DNA of 59,689 nucleotides, counting the filler, from Squatina squatina (Eukaryota): the NCBI GenBank assembly GCA_031763465.1. It is 4 parts of 4 records of this genome, joined end to end, with 100 filler letters (N's around TTAATTAATTAA, not from the genome) between each part and the next. Parts side by side here need not be neighbours in the genome. Positions count along the whole stretch, not along the records: positions 45,490 to 59,689 come from JARFOE010000004.1; 3 more parts are not named here. The stretch is one strand, 5' to 3'. The translations under genes and the position numbers were made by a program. Every line of letters starts with the position of its first letter. The first letter of the stretch is position 1. Shown here one piece after another: positions 48,886 to 59,689 of the stretch. A model generated the notes under the pieces. The model did not search any database. It saw nothing but the letters and a program-made list of their open reading frames with translations, and was not told the DNA's origin.

Positions 48886-49444
48886 TTTTATCACAGATCA
48901 TCTCCATTTACAGACTTCCTGACCTATGTCTCAATTTCAACTTTGGCCAGCAACACATTCAGCTGTCGTGAACACATTAATTCTGTTTTTTAGACCTCCG
49001 CTGGTAACTTGTTCATATTACCCTTCAATTAGATCACCTTATTCAAATCATGGTTATTAACCGGTCGAGCTTTTTACCTTGCAATCACACCAGGGAACAA
49101 TAATTCTCTTTAGTCACCCATGTCTCATTTGTATAATTTATCCAATAATAATACTTATATCCCTCACTACATTGTAAATTACACGATTCTGTGCTTTAAA
49201 AATTAAATTTTAATGATTTGCCAAAGAGACAGAGCTCAGTCTTTAGCACCATGACTCACAATGCAAATTTTATTTGAAAATTATTATTAGTATTTTTGTC
49301 TAACAGCAGCAACAGGTCCAGCAACAAAAGTACTTCTTGTTTCAATTCCCCGAACAGCAGCTCAGGAAGGAACTGAGACAAGGAGTGTATCCTTGTTTAC
49401 AGCTACTCACTAGGACTGCCGGGTGCCTGTACAGCCATGTCTGC

Positions 49445-49619
49445 GGTGGGCAGCACTCTCACCCCGGAGACAAAAGGTTGTGGGTTCAAGTCCCGCTCCA
49501 GAGACCGGAGCACAAAAATCTATGCTGACACTCCAGTGCAGTACTGAGGGAGTGCCGCACTGTCGGAGGGGCAGTACTGAGGGAGAGCTACACTGTCGGA
49601 GGGGCAGTACTGAGGGAGC
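49445..49619 (+). mobile_element. Deu-domain SINE 5' part with internal 33-bp tandem repeat
   Basis: tRNA-like head with B box GGTTCAAGTCC. The unit gcagtactgagggagtgccgcactgtcggaggg starts at 49538, 49571 and 49604 and runs into a gap. Confidence 0.88.
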
Positions 49620-50568
49620 NNNNNNNNNNNNNNNNNNNNNNNNNNNNNNNNNNNNNNNNNNNNNNNNNNNNNNNNNNNNNNNNNNNNNNNNNNNNNNNNN
49701 NNNNNNNNNNNNNNNNNNNNNNNNNNNNNNNNNNNNNNNNNNNNNNNNNNNNNNNNNNNNNNNNNNNNNNNNNNNNNNNNNNNNNNNNNNNNNNNNNNNN
49801 NNNNNNNNNNNNNNNNNNNNNNNNNNNNNNNNNNNNNNNNNNNNNNNNNNNNNNNNNNNNNNNNNNNNNNNNNNNNNNNNNNNNNNNNNNNNNNNNNNNN
49901 NNNNNNNNNNNNNNNNNNNNNNNNNNNNNNNNNNNNNNNNNNNNNNNNNNNNNNNNNNNNNNNNNNNNNNNNNNNNNNNNNNNNNNNNNNNNNNNNNNNN
50001 NNNNNNNNNNNNNNNNNNNNNNNNNNNNNNNNNNNNNNNNNNNNNNNNNNNNNNNNNNNNNNNNNNNNNNNNNNNNNNNNNNNNNNNNNNNNNNNNNNNN
50101 NNNNNNNNNNNNNNNNNNNNNNNNNNNNNNNNNNNNNNNNNNNNNNNNNNNNNNNNNNNNNNNNNNNNNNNNNNNNNNNNNNNNNNNNNNNNNNNNNNNN
50201 NNNNNNNNNNNNNNNNNNNNNNNNNNNNNNNNNNNNNNNNNNNNNNNNNNTGATTTTTTTTTTCTTTGCTTCCTCTGAAGAAATAGTGCACTCAGGTCAA
50301 TTATTGACCAGACATGTCATGAGGACTATTGTTATACCCATGCGAATGACCTGATATTTTTGGGGTGTCCCATTACTTGTAAAAATCTGAATAGGACCAC
50401 TTCTTTGTTACCATTAGACCTCCCAGTTCTTGATTACCATTCGTATCCATCTGAAGCTGTTGATAAACAACAGTGGTGCCTTTCCTTAATTAGGTGACAC
50501 TTTTGATAGCTGAATTTAGGTTTTGGAACATCTGAATTTTTTTCTTCATAAATTATTTTCTTTCACAG

Positions 50569-50699
50569 GTATTTTCACTTCTTCAACACTGGGTTACAGA
50601 ACCAAAGTGTAATGTATGTCCAACATTCACTGGATGATGAACCTCAAGTTTTTCTTGACCCCAACAAATTCTCAGATGATGGAACTGTAGCTTTAAGAG
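50569..50699 (+). CDS. PREP: PREP exon (start of the beta-propeller)
   Basis: tttcacag acceptor, 131 nt, gttagt donor; [43 protein letters not shown](G), in phase with the previous exon. Confidence 0.95.
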
Positions 50700-51572
50700 G
50701 TTAGTGTTAAAACACTCTTGAAATATATTACCTTTATTTACTTGTAAAATTACATAATTTATCTTTAAGAAACACATGAACATTTCACATTGTTGAAATT
50801 AATATTTACATTTGTTATCACAAATGCATAATTTTATATTGAAAGTTTGTGGTCCTTTTCTATTCCCTGTTTCCCCACATAATTAACCAAATTCTTTGAG
50901 ACAGAAAACACAGCCATTGGATTTATCATTTGCATGCTAACTGATCTCCAATGTCATTATCGCCTTTCCCTTTAAGGCCATTGCTCTTAATTGGCAATTG
51001 TTATTGCTGAGACTATGCGATGGTCAATCAGAGAGCACTTGTAAATTGTTGCAAATATCAGGCTCCAGGTTAATGATGGGATTTTTTTCAATGTGTTTTG
51101 CATATATAACGAAGCTTAACTTTATGAAGCGTGGCCTATGTGCGCTGGATGCAAGATTTCATTTTTATACTAGCAGACATCTTGTGACATTGCTCATGAT
51201 GCTTTGGAGGCTTTATAAGAAAGGTGCATCCTGACAAATAGTATTACCAGGGACACAGATTTAATCAACTTTGGGTGTCGCCCTGGGACCTGGCTTACGA
51301 AGGCAGAGTCAGGGTGCTTTTGAGGTGGGTCCCCAAGGGTCTGAGAGCACTGGGAGGGTTCCCAAGGTTCCAGGGGCACAATCAACAACAACAACAACTT
51401 GTATTTACATAGCGCCCTTAACAGAGTAAATTGCCCCAAAGTGCTTCGCAGGAGTATTATGAAACAGAATTTNNNNNNNNNNNNNNNNNNNNNNNNNNNN
51501 NNNNNNNNNNNNNNNNNNNNNNNNNNNNNNNNNNNNNNNNNNNNNNNNNNNNNNNNNNNNNNNNNNNNNNNN

Positions 51573-51725
51573 CCTGGAAATCCCTCCCTAACAGCACTGT
51601 GGGCGTAGCTTCACCACACAGACTGCATTGGTTCAAGGCGGCGGCTCACCAGCACCTTTTTCGAGGGCAATTGGGAATGGGCAACAAATGCCAGCAACGC
51701 CCACATCCCATGAGTAAATTTTTTT
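51573..51725 (+). mobile_element. LINE 3' end, clade unassigned
   Basis: tggaaatccctccctaacagcactgtggg...ggttcaaggcggcggctcaccagcacctt...cccacatcccatgagtaa; homolog of 22885-23004. Confidence 0.7.
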
Positions 51726-52851
51726 TAAACTCAGGGGCCCTAGGACAGTTTTTGGAGTGGGTTGGGCAGCAGCAGAGTTTCTACCAAGTGGGACCAAGCC
51801 AAAAATGCTACAGAGCAGAAAGAGACACCAATACATAGCAGTAGAGTCTGGGAATGGTAGTAAAGGTGGGAAAGGGGGCAGAGGGTTTGGAGATAGTGGG
51901 GCTGTGGGAGAGTAGAGTAAGATAAGGATAGAGGAGGATAAGGGTAATGGGTTGCAGGTGCAGCAGACTAGGTTAAGACCTTGAAAATAGGTATTTAAAA
52001 GTAAAACAAACTAGTGAAAAAAATAAAATATGTAACCTAAAGAGAAGACAGAATAGTACATTAAAAAAAAATACTGTCGGGTGGAGACTTAGCGACTTGC
52101 ACCAAGCCACAATTCCACCATGACAAAATTTCAAGATTTTAATTTGATATGTAGTCTTTACTTTAACAAACTTTCCTGTCATTCTTTTCAGTCACGTGTT
52201 TCACTCTTAATCATATTCAACATTTTTTAAATGATCCCCATAATTTATTCTAATCTATGCAAATTTGTACTGCTTATGTCTGATTTACTTATTGAAACAC
52301 CTGTTTGAGTCCCACTTCCACTCCCTGGGCAAGCAGCAGCTTGAAGACTGCCAGCTAGTTTTTTCATGATTTTGCAGTCATCAATATTCTGTCTATAATT
52401 TGTTTTCTGAAACTCATCTGGTCCCTGAAATGTCTCTGAATAAATATATCTTATGAAAAATTATGTTTGCGCACATTTCCTGTTCAACTAAACTACTGCT
52501 TTTGTCACAATTTTATGACAAATCTAATCTCAAAATTACTTCTGCAACCATAATGGGATTTTTGTTTGTAAACAGTTCCTGAATGCTATAGGTGCAGGCT
52601 GTAGATGGCTGCACTTACAGGCTGTGGCCATCGGGTGGCGCTGTAGAGTAATTTAAAAAATATTTCTGAAGCCCAACTCTGTCTGCCGTCTTTACCTAAG
52701 AATATTAAATAGACGAAACAGAAGCCGTGATCGGGTGAATTCTACATTGTTGCTTGTTCTGTGCTTGCTTATCTTATCAAACAATAACCTATACTGTTTA
52801 TTAAAACCTTCTGAGAGTAATTAACCAATTAACTAAGTTCTGTTTTAATAG

Positions 52852-53043
52852 GAATTCTGCCTTGGGTCAAGCTGGTGGATAACTTTGATGCAGAATATGA
52901 ATATATCACTAACGAAGGGACAGTATTCACATTCAAGACAAATCTCAGTTCTCCTCGTTACCATTTAATTAATATTGACTTCAGTGATCCTGATCCTTCC
53001 AAATGGAAAACTTTAGTTGCAGAGCATGAGAAAGATGTACTAG
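52852..53043 (+). CDS. PREP: PREP exon (beta-propeller) with a GC 5' splice site
   Basis: ttttaatag acceptor, 192 nt, gcaagt donor; (G)[63 protein letters not shown]. Confidence 0.93.
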
Positions 53044-54724
53044 GCAAGTCTGAAATTTGTTTNNNNNNNNNNNNNNNNNNNNNNNNNNNNNNNNNNNNNN
53101 NNNNNNNNNNNNNNNNNNNNNNNNNNNNNNNNNNNNNNNNNNNNNNNNNNNNNNNNNNNNNNCCAGGTCCAATGAAGGGTCTGCATCCTTCACTTAACCC
53201 ATCTTTTACCTTTACAGATGCTGCTGAACCTGCTCTGTTTTTTCCAGCATCTGTAACTAACTAATTTTCTTTTTATTTATATCTTTTCTATCAGTTTTTT
53301 ATAACCCACATTTTCTTTTCAGTCTGTACTACAAAAATTGCATTTAGTTATACTAAAATTGTCTGTGAAATGAAGGAGCATCAAGACAAAGTTAGGTAAC
53401 TATTCCTCATAATGTGCATCAAAATGTTACTTGACCATCTAGTTAATGTGCTTTTTTGTTTGTATTCTTGATTCCAGCATCTGCAGTATTTCGCTTCTGT
53501 ATTACGTTAAAANNNNNNNNNNTATTTGGCTTCAAATGCAGGAGGACAATTGGAGTTTTGGGAAGCAGCTGATGCCAACGGCACGTGTCTGTTTCGCCTT
53601 GTCACTATTCTCTTAGAGCTGACTGCTTTCAAGACTACATGACCAATAAAATGTGGCACAAGTAAAATCAACATGTTCGCATGACTTCACCAGCACTTAG
53701 CACATTTTGTGTGGCTTAATTATTGTTTCTTTTGTCTAGCTAGGAGCATTAGCAGCTGTGGAAAACCATGTAATACATGTTAATTATTGGCAGTAATACT
53801 AGACTTTTTTCCCAGTTGATTTTCTTTCTTGCTATTTAAATCTAGAGCATTTAGGATCTGCTTTATAGACTCATAAGCGTCCGACAAGAAAATCAATTCC
53901 TTGGTCATCATCTTGAATAAACCAAATGACTTGTTCTCATTAAATTAATTGTTCTAGACATCTCAACAAGTCTCCTTTCTTGAGGTATCATTGAAAAGTC
54001 AAATAGAGAATGTTATGAGCATGATAGAAATTCAGCTCAGTGCAGTGAGTTGGTCCATTTATGTTTGGATGAAGCAAGATAGATTTGACAAAAGTTAAGG
54101 CCTGTTCAGCATTTGAAAGATTTTTTAGTATTTAGTTATTAAAGGACCAGTTACTTGTGCAATGTAGAATCTTTTCTCTTGGTTATTTGGCTCAGGGGTA
54201 TGTTTACAATGTTGAGATAAATGATCTGTGATTGTTTGGTCAGTAGCTGATCAGTGAACAAGGACTGCAGTAGCAGGACCTTTTACTTTATAAATCAATA
54301 GGCTATAGCTGAGAGGAATATTGAGTTGTAATGCATTTCAAAATAATGTCTTATGCCATGACCATATAACATTTTTCTGAAAAATTTCTGGGTCATATTT
54401 ATCTCCCTTCAAGGCACAGTATTGCTTCCTGCACAGTGTGCTATTTTCCTTAATTACTACAATCTTTTCAGTGATGAAAAAATGTTACGACTCTAAAAAG
54501 AGTAAATGAATCTATTAAATGCTATAATGATAGAATCAGTGACATATAAATTGTAACCGTATACTGTGACATTTAATTTTATTTATATTAAGTAACTGAG
54601 TTCTGAGATGCTTGTTCAAACTATTGGTTGCAGTGTCAACTTAGTTAAGGCTGTCCAGAATCATGATTGTCTGCCTGTTTTTAAAACTATATTTTTTCCA
54701 ATTTTCTTTCCTCAAAGTAGTGAT

Positions 54725-55055
54725 TGCTGTGGTGCAGTTCCAACAAGCTGCCAGCCCTCTGGTGCTTCACTCAGGTGTAATTTTGTACAGTGAGCATTGG
54801 CAGACTATTCAACAGTGATGGGCGGCAGTCAAGCCCGATCTTGTCCTCACTCATACATATGCGCTTTCCAGTACAGTTTACTAGGTAGCGATCAAGTGAT
54901 CGAACCTGAGCAGATTTTTGTTTTATCTAGTCTAGTGATGTCGAGGCCTATTGCTACCCTGGTTGAATTCAGCTAATTTATCAGAGGCCAGGAGTCAAAA
55001 TGAGATTTCCTGGTCTGTATTGCACCAGCTAATATCTTTAACCCCAAGGCTATCA
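54725..55055 (-). mobile_element. SINE-like repeat, same family as 16905-17278
   Basis: Shares cccgatcttgtcctcactca...gctttccag...tcagctaattta...ttcctggtctgtat with the 17 kb copy. Confidence 0.55.
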
Positions 55056-55299
55056 GGAATCACATAATTGTCTACTGTAAAGTGAAAAAGAATATTGTGT
55101 GCGGGGTGGCAAGAAATAATTTCAAACTTAATTATTCCCCCATAATGGTCGGAACAGAGTTTTAATTTCTCCTTCTGTTGTGAAGAATTTCCATCATATT
55201 TGGTTTCCCAGCTAGAAGGTTAGTGGCCTCTTGATCAATATGATGGTTGTATTGGTGGGAGGGTTTTTTTTGGTAGTGCTGGAGGAAGTTACAGTGACA

Positions 55300-55440
55300 G
55301 GAAGGATGAGGCCTTGAAAGCATTTAAACATGAGAATGAGAATTTTAAATTTGAGCTAATGTAGGTCAGTAAGGACATGAGTGATGGGTGAGCAGGACTT
55401 GATGCAGGATATGAGCAGCAGAGTTTTAGATAGGCTGAAG
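55300..55440 (-). mobile_element. L2 LINE fragment
   Basis: gagaattttaaatttgag...tgtaggtcag...gtgatgggtgagcaggacttg...gcagcagagtttt, homologous to 29620-29745. Confidence 0.75.
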
Positions 55441-56817
55441 GTAGCTACTAAAAATTAAACAAAGTTTGTGAATGAATCTTTGGAGGCTCAAGTCTCAATT
55501 GTGGCCTGGACCTGTTGGTGATCCCTATTTCTATCAGTTGTCAGGAAGGTACACCTAGTCTGGCCAAATGTTAGTGCCATCTGTAAGTCGTACACTCGTT
55601 CTGCTCCCCAACCTGGAGTCTTGCTGTGGGATCGACAGCGGCCCGGTCACTCGTACCTTTGGTTATGGGCAGAGAGCCGTCGGCTGTCTGGCTTAAAGGC
55701 GAATTGANNNNNNNNNNNNNNNNNNNNNNNNNNNNNNNNNNNNNNNNNNNNNNNNNNNNNNNNNNNNNNNNNNNNNNNNNNNNNNNNNNNNNNNNNNNNN
55801 NNNNNNNGTGTGTTAGTGAGAGTGTGTTTGTTAGTGTATGAGGGTAGTAGTTCATATTGTTTGCTGAAAACGCTTCATTAGACTTGAAGCAGATCTGAGA
55901 GTTAGTTTGGCCCATATTGCGCTGTATTGTTTTGAATAATGGGCGAGCTGCGGGCCTATTGCACAGTTGTAAATATTGAAAACATGCTATTTATTAGATT
56001 TCTACTAAATTGTACATATTTTCTTTCATCCATTTTTTAAAATTAAAGAGCTATCAAAGATTCCTCAGTTCCCGACACTAAAAAAAAATGTTTTCTACAA
56101 TTTCAATAGCTTACGCCCATTTATCAATTTTGAAGTTTGTTATTGTATCACTTGTGTTCTGCAGTTGCTCCTGGACAAATAAGTGTTGTAGTATTTTCCA
56201 GAAGCTGTCTAGAAACACTGTCACTGGGAACTAAAGCTATTTTAAGTTGACCCCCTCTTTAAGCTTCACCAAGCAGAAGGCACCTCAGAATCATAAAATT
56301 CTGGTGCACTTTCATCCGGTTATCTTAGCAATAGCGTTTTCCAAATGCCACGGCATTTCGTCTTAAAGGTCAGTTGAAAAAGTCACAGAGGCATCAGTAA
56401 AAAGGTTTGAAAATGATAGAAATGAAATGCATCTAATCATACTTCAGTCACCTGAATAAATGCACTGAGCCAATTTAAGCCACCNNNNNNNNNNNNNNNN
56501 NNNNNNNNNNNNNNNNNNNNNNNNNNNNNNNNNNNNNNNNNNNNNNNNNNNNNNNNNNNNNNNNNNNNNNNNNNNNNNNNNNNNCAGAATAAAGAACTTG
56601 TTTCAGGAACCTTGTATCTGACATGCGGGCGACATGACTGGCCCATCGCAGCTGATTGAGCGTAACCAGTGCCTCGATGCTGGGGATGTTGGCCTGGGCG
56701 AGGATGCTGACGTATTCCTTAAATTAGTACAGAAATAATATTGACTGAACCACTGGAAACTGATCACCAAATCGATTATAGTGTTTTAACTAAAATGTAT
56801 TTGTGCCCTGGTTGCAG

Positions 56818-56949
56818 GAGGTATGCTGGAAAACAAGCAAAATTGTTTTGATGACTTTCAATGTGCTGCTGAAATCCTCATCAAAGAGGGCTACACTACT
56901 TCAAAGAAACTGACCATTAATGGAGGCTCTAATGGTGGTCTGTTAGTGG
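56818..56949 (+). CDS. PREP: PREP exon containing the catalytic serine (GGSNGG)
   Basis: gttgcag acceptor, 132 nt, gtatgt donor; (G)[43 protein letters not shown], the S9A nucleophile elbow. Confidence 0.97.
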
Positions 56950-59565
56950 GTATGTTGGCATGGCTTTTGTGTGTGTGTGTGTATATATCTGTTCATGTAC
57001 ATTGGCAATGAAAGATTTCCCATGAGTTAATATGCTACCTTAACACAAATTGCAGGGATTTCATGGGATTTCATTGAGGAGGGGTTGGAAGAACAGTGGC
57101 AGTACTGAACTTGTCCTTTTGCTTTTTGGCTGTCAGGTTCTTGCAACCTATATGGGTATGACTATGACTACTCAAATGCAAATTCATCAGGGCATGCATA
57201 ATATAATTAAGTCCTTTTTTCTCCAATTATTTGAACTATCACTGATATGTGCATGAAAACCAGCTTTATCTTTAACCTTCTGTTCAAGGAAGGGTTTCAC
57301 CTCTAAAACATCAGCTTGTGTTCTCTTGACAGATGCTGCCCGACTTGCTGAATGTTTTCAGCCGTTTCTATTTTTGTATTTAACCCATGTAATATGATTT
57401 TACTGTACTTTTCTTTTTAAAAAGTGTTGCTCCATGACTTTAATCATGTTTCTCATTAATTTGTACTTGAAAGCACCTTTTAAATTCATCTAGTTGCAAT
57501 ATATTTGTACCCATGTAGAGCAATGCAGTAGAATAGTTACTGAGTAACCATAATTGGACCTTAATTATCCACTTTTCCAATTATGTACCAGACTTTTCAC
57601 AGGCCAGAGCCTTGTAACAATATTGCCTCATTGCATAGTTACTAACACTGATTTGCCTGTCATAAGTCAGCTTGCAGCCAAGGATTAAACTAAATTTGTG
57701 TTAGTATATTATTTGTCTACCGATACCATACCTAGCTGTAAAACCAAAGTTAGGAGACTCTTGATTATCTACCAATTTTCATTTTCTAAGGAGGAATTAC
57801 CCCATTGTGCCAGATAATGGAGGTTCCATTTAATTATACAATAGTTCTGGCCTCCTAACTGGTGTGGTGGAAACAAGCATTCTAACACTTCGAATGGAAC
57901 AATATTTTGTTCTAATTGTTGTTGTCGTGTGTTTTATGAAACTTATCAGCTCTTCATCTACTTCTTCACAATAGAAAAATGCAGTTAAGCTCCTGATAAA
58001 ACATAGAATAAAAATACTCCTGCAAATGTTTTACAGGCCTTCTGTTTTTCATTTTTTAAAACAGAACCATTGTTGAACCCAACGTTCTTGAATTTCTCTA
58101 ACAGACACCCTGCACATATGAATGTATCCTACAGACCCCCAGTACAATCTTTCTAATAATGTCAGGTGCCCATGGAAAACAGCTATCACTGCAGAAGCTA
58201 TTTTTTTGTTATACTGCAAACGAAAATAGCATGCTATTAGCTAAATATAGACATGTGCAGAATTCTTTGGACGGATGGAGAGAAATCTGATCTCTCAGTT
58301 GCCAGAATTCCCTTAACTAACTCACTGAAGACCTATAGTATAAGCAGACTACAACTGAATTTGATTTTGCTGTGTATGAGCTGGTGATTTGATTTATTAT
58401 TGCATCACATTTATAGTGCCTAATTTTTGAAATTAATGTTTCCCCAAATTTTGGTCTCGGCTTTGTATTTGTGTGATATCAGTAGTTTTAAAAAGAAAAG
58501 CATGAAATGAAAACCTGATGATCACGATGTATGTTAATCACTGGTGTTATTGACAAAATTGTAAAGGCCACAAGCATTGGTGCAAATTTTAGCACCTACC
58601 ACTGATTGCTACAGTAATGCAATGAAAACCCTCTAGTCTTTATTGCAAACAGCATTTCAAAATAGATGAGTAATGATCATCTTGAAGAGGAGAAATCCCA
58701 GCTATTTCCCCCCAAACGTCCAACAGCACCATCATAGTCACCATCCCCATCAACATCTTGCAGGTCAACACTTTATAAAAAAAATACTTAATTGGACCAG
58801 TCATATCAGAAGTTCAAGAAAAAGATCCATCACCACCTCCTCAGGACAGCGAGGGAAGGGCAATAAATGCAGCCATGTTAATGTCACCTACACCCCAAGA
58901 ACAAGTTAAATAGTAAGCTACTTATTTTTAAAAATGCTTTGTAGAATGGGCCTCCCTTAGGGATTTATTATGGATGCTCTGATTTTAGCATGTATAACTA
59001 AAAAAAAAAATGCTCTGGCTCCTGCTTTTTGATTACAAATAAAAACAGCCAAAATTGAACCACTTACACCTGTTGTAATACATAGTAGAATCTGTAAGGT
59101 AAAGACAGCACTGCCCAGCAGCATTCCATTCATAAAGCATTGCATTCATAATACATTTCCTCATGCTACAGTTGGAACTCCTTTAGAATTGTCAGTCCAC
59201 TTCCTATACCACCGGCCTAAAATATCTCATATTACAAGCGCAGCAAACTTGTGCACCACTGCAGGTGATTCAATCAAAAATCCCCCTGTAAACTCTTGGG
59301 TTTCTTCTGTTTAGTTACCAGATTACAGACTTACTACAAAATACACACTTCCTGTTCAAGAACTGATATATACAGAAGAGAGTCAGGTCCAAGCAAAGCA
59401 CAGAACAAAGCAGTGCACTACCAAGAAAATACAAAACCAAGATTTACCAGGGGTCCGTTCACTGAATCTCTTGCGATAAAATCTCTCTCAATGGGTATCT
59501 GTGAAATAAAGTAATGTAGGGCTGTGCTACAGAAAACAGGCGAGTTCCAACTACAAAACTTGATG

Positions 59566-59689
59566 AATGGAATGTTGCTGAATGGAGTGTTGCTGATTGG
59601 AGTGTTGCTGATTGGAGTGTTGATGACTGGAGTGTTGATGACTGGAGTGTTGATGACTGGAGTGTTGATGACTGGAGTGTTGATGACTG
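59566..59689. repeat. 15-bp minisatellite (actggagtgttgatg)n running off the window end
   Basis: About 8 visible units with period 15. Confidence 0.95.

Noticed and set aside
49445-49500. tRNA gene (B box GGTTCAAGTCC)
   Set aside because: It continues directly into a Deu-SINE body and has no complete cloverleaf, so it is a SINE head.
1-59689. A novel multi-gene system linking cadherin, MAIP1, SPATS2L, KSR2, NOS1, TAOK3 and PREP
   Set aside because: The genes lie on four separate scaffolds joined by artificial spacers, and each is a known vertebrate gene.
59566-59689. CRISPR-like array
   Set aside because: The units are head-to-tail with no unique spacers, and the context is eukaryotic.

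Overview
Fragmentary, gap-rich vertebrate genomic DNA. The repeat content (CR1 and L2 LINEs, Deu-domain SINEs, Harbinger-type MITEs, Penelope-like repeats) points to a cartilaginous fish. The window is not one locus: three 100-nt spacers (N44-TTAATTAATTAA-N44) join four unrelated scaffolds. A (1-13539) has two minus-strand exons of a CDHR3/CDHR4-like cadherin, a degenerate Harbinger Myb/SANT ORF and enhancer-like DNA. B (13640-29395) has the last exon of MAIP1 and five SPATS2L exons. C (29496-45389) has three KSR2 exons, three NOS1 exons and a partial minus-strand TAOK3 exon. D (45490-59689) has four PREP exons, one with a GC donor and one with the catalytic serine. All genes are partial, with exons lost in gaps. 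Gene names rest on recalled similarity to human proteins, not on a search, and repeat boundaries are approximate. I found no convincing novel multi-gene system. The best leads are hammerhead-ribozyme-like cores in Penelope-like repeats, a CDHR4-like cadherin with intact Ca-binding motifs, candidate enhancers and hairpin MITEs.
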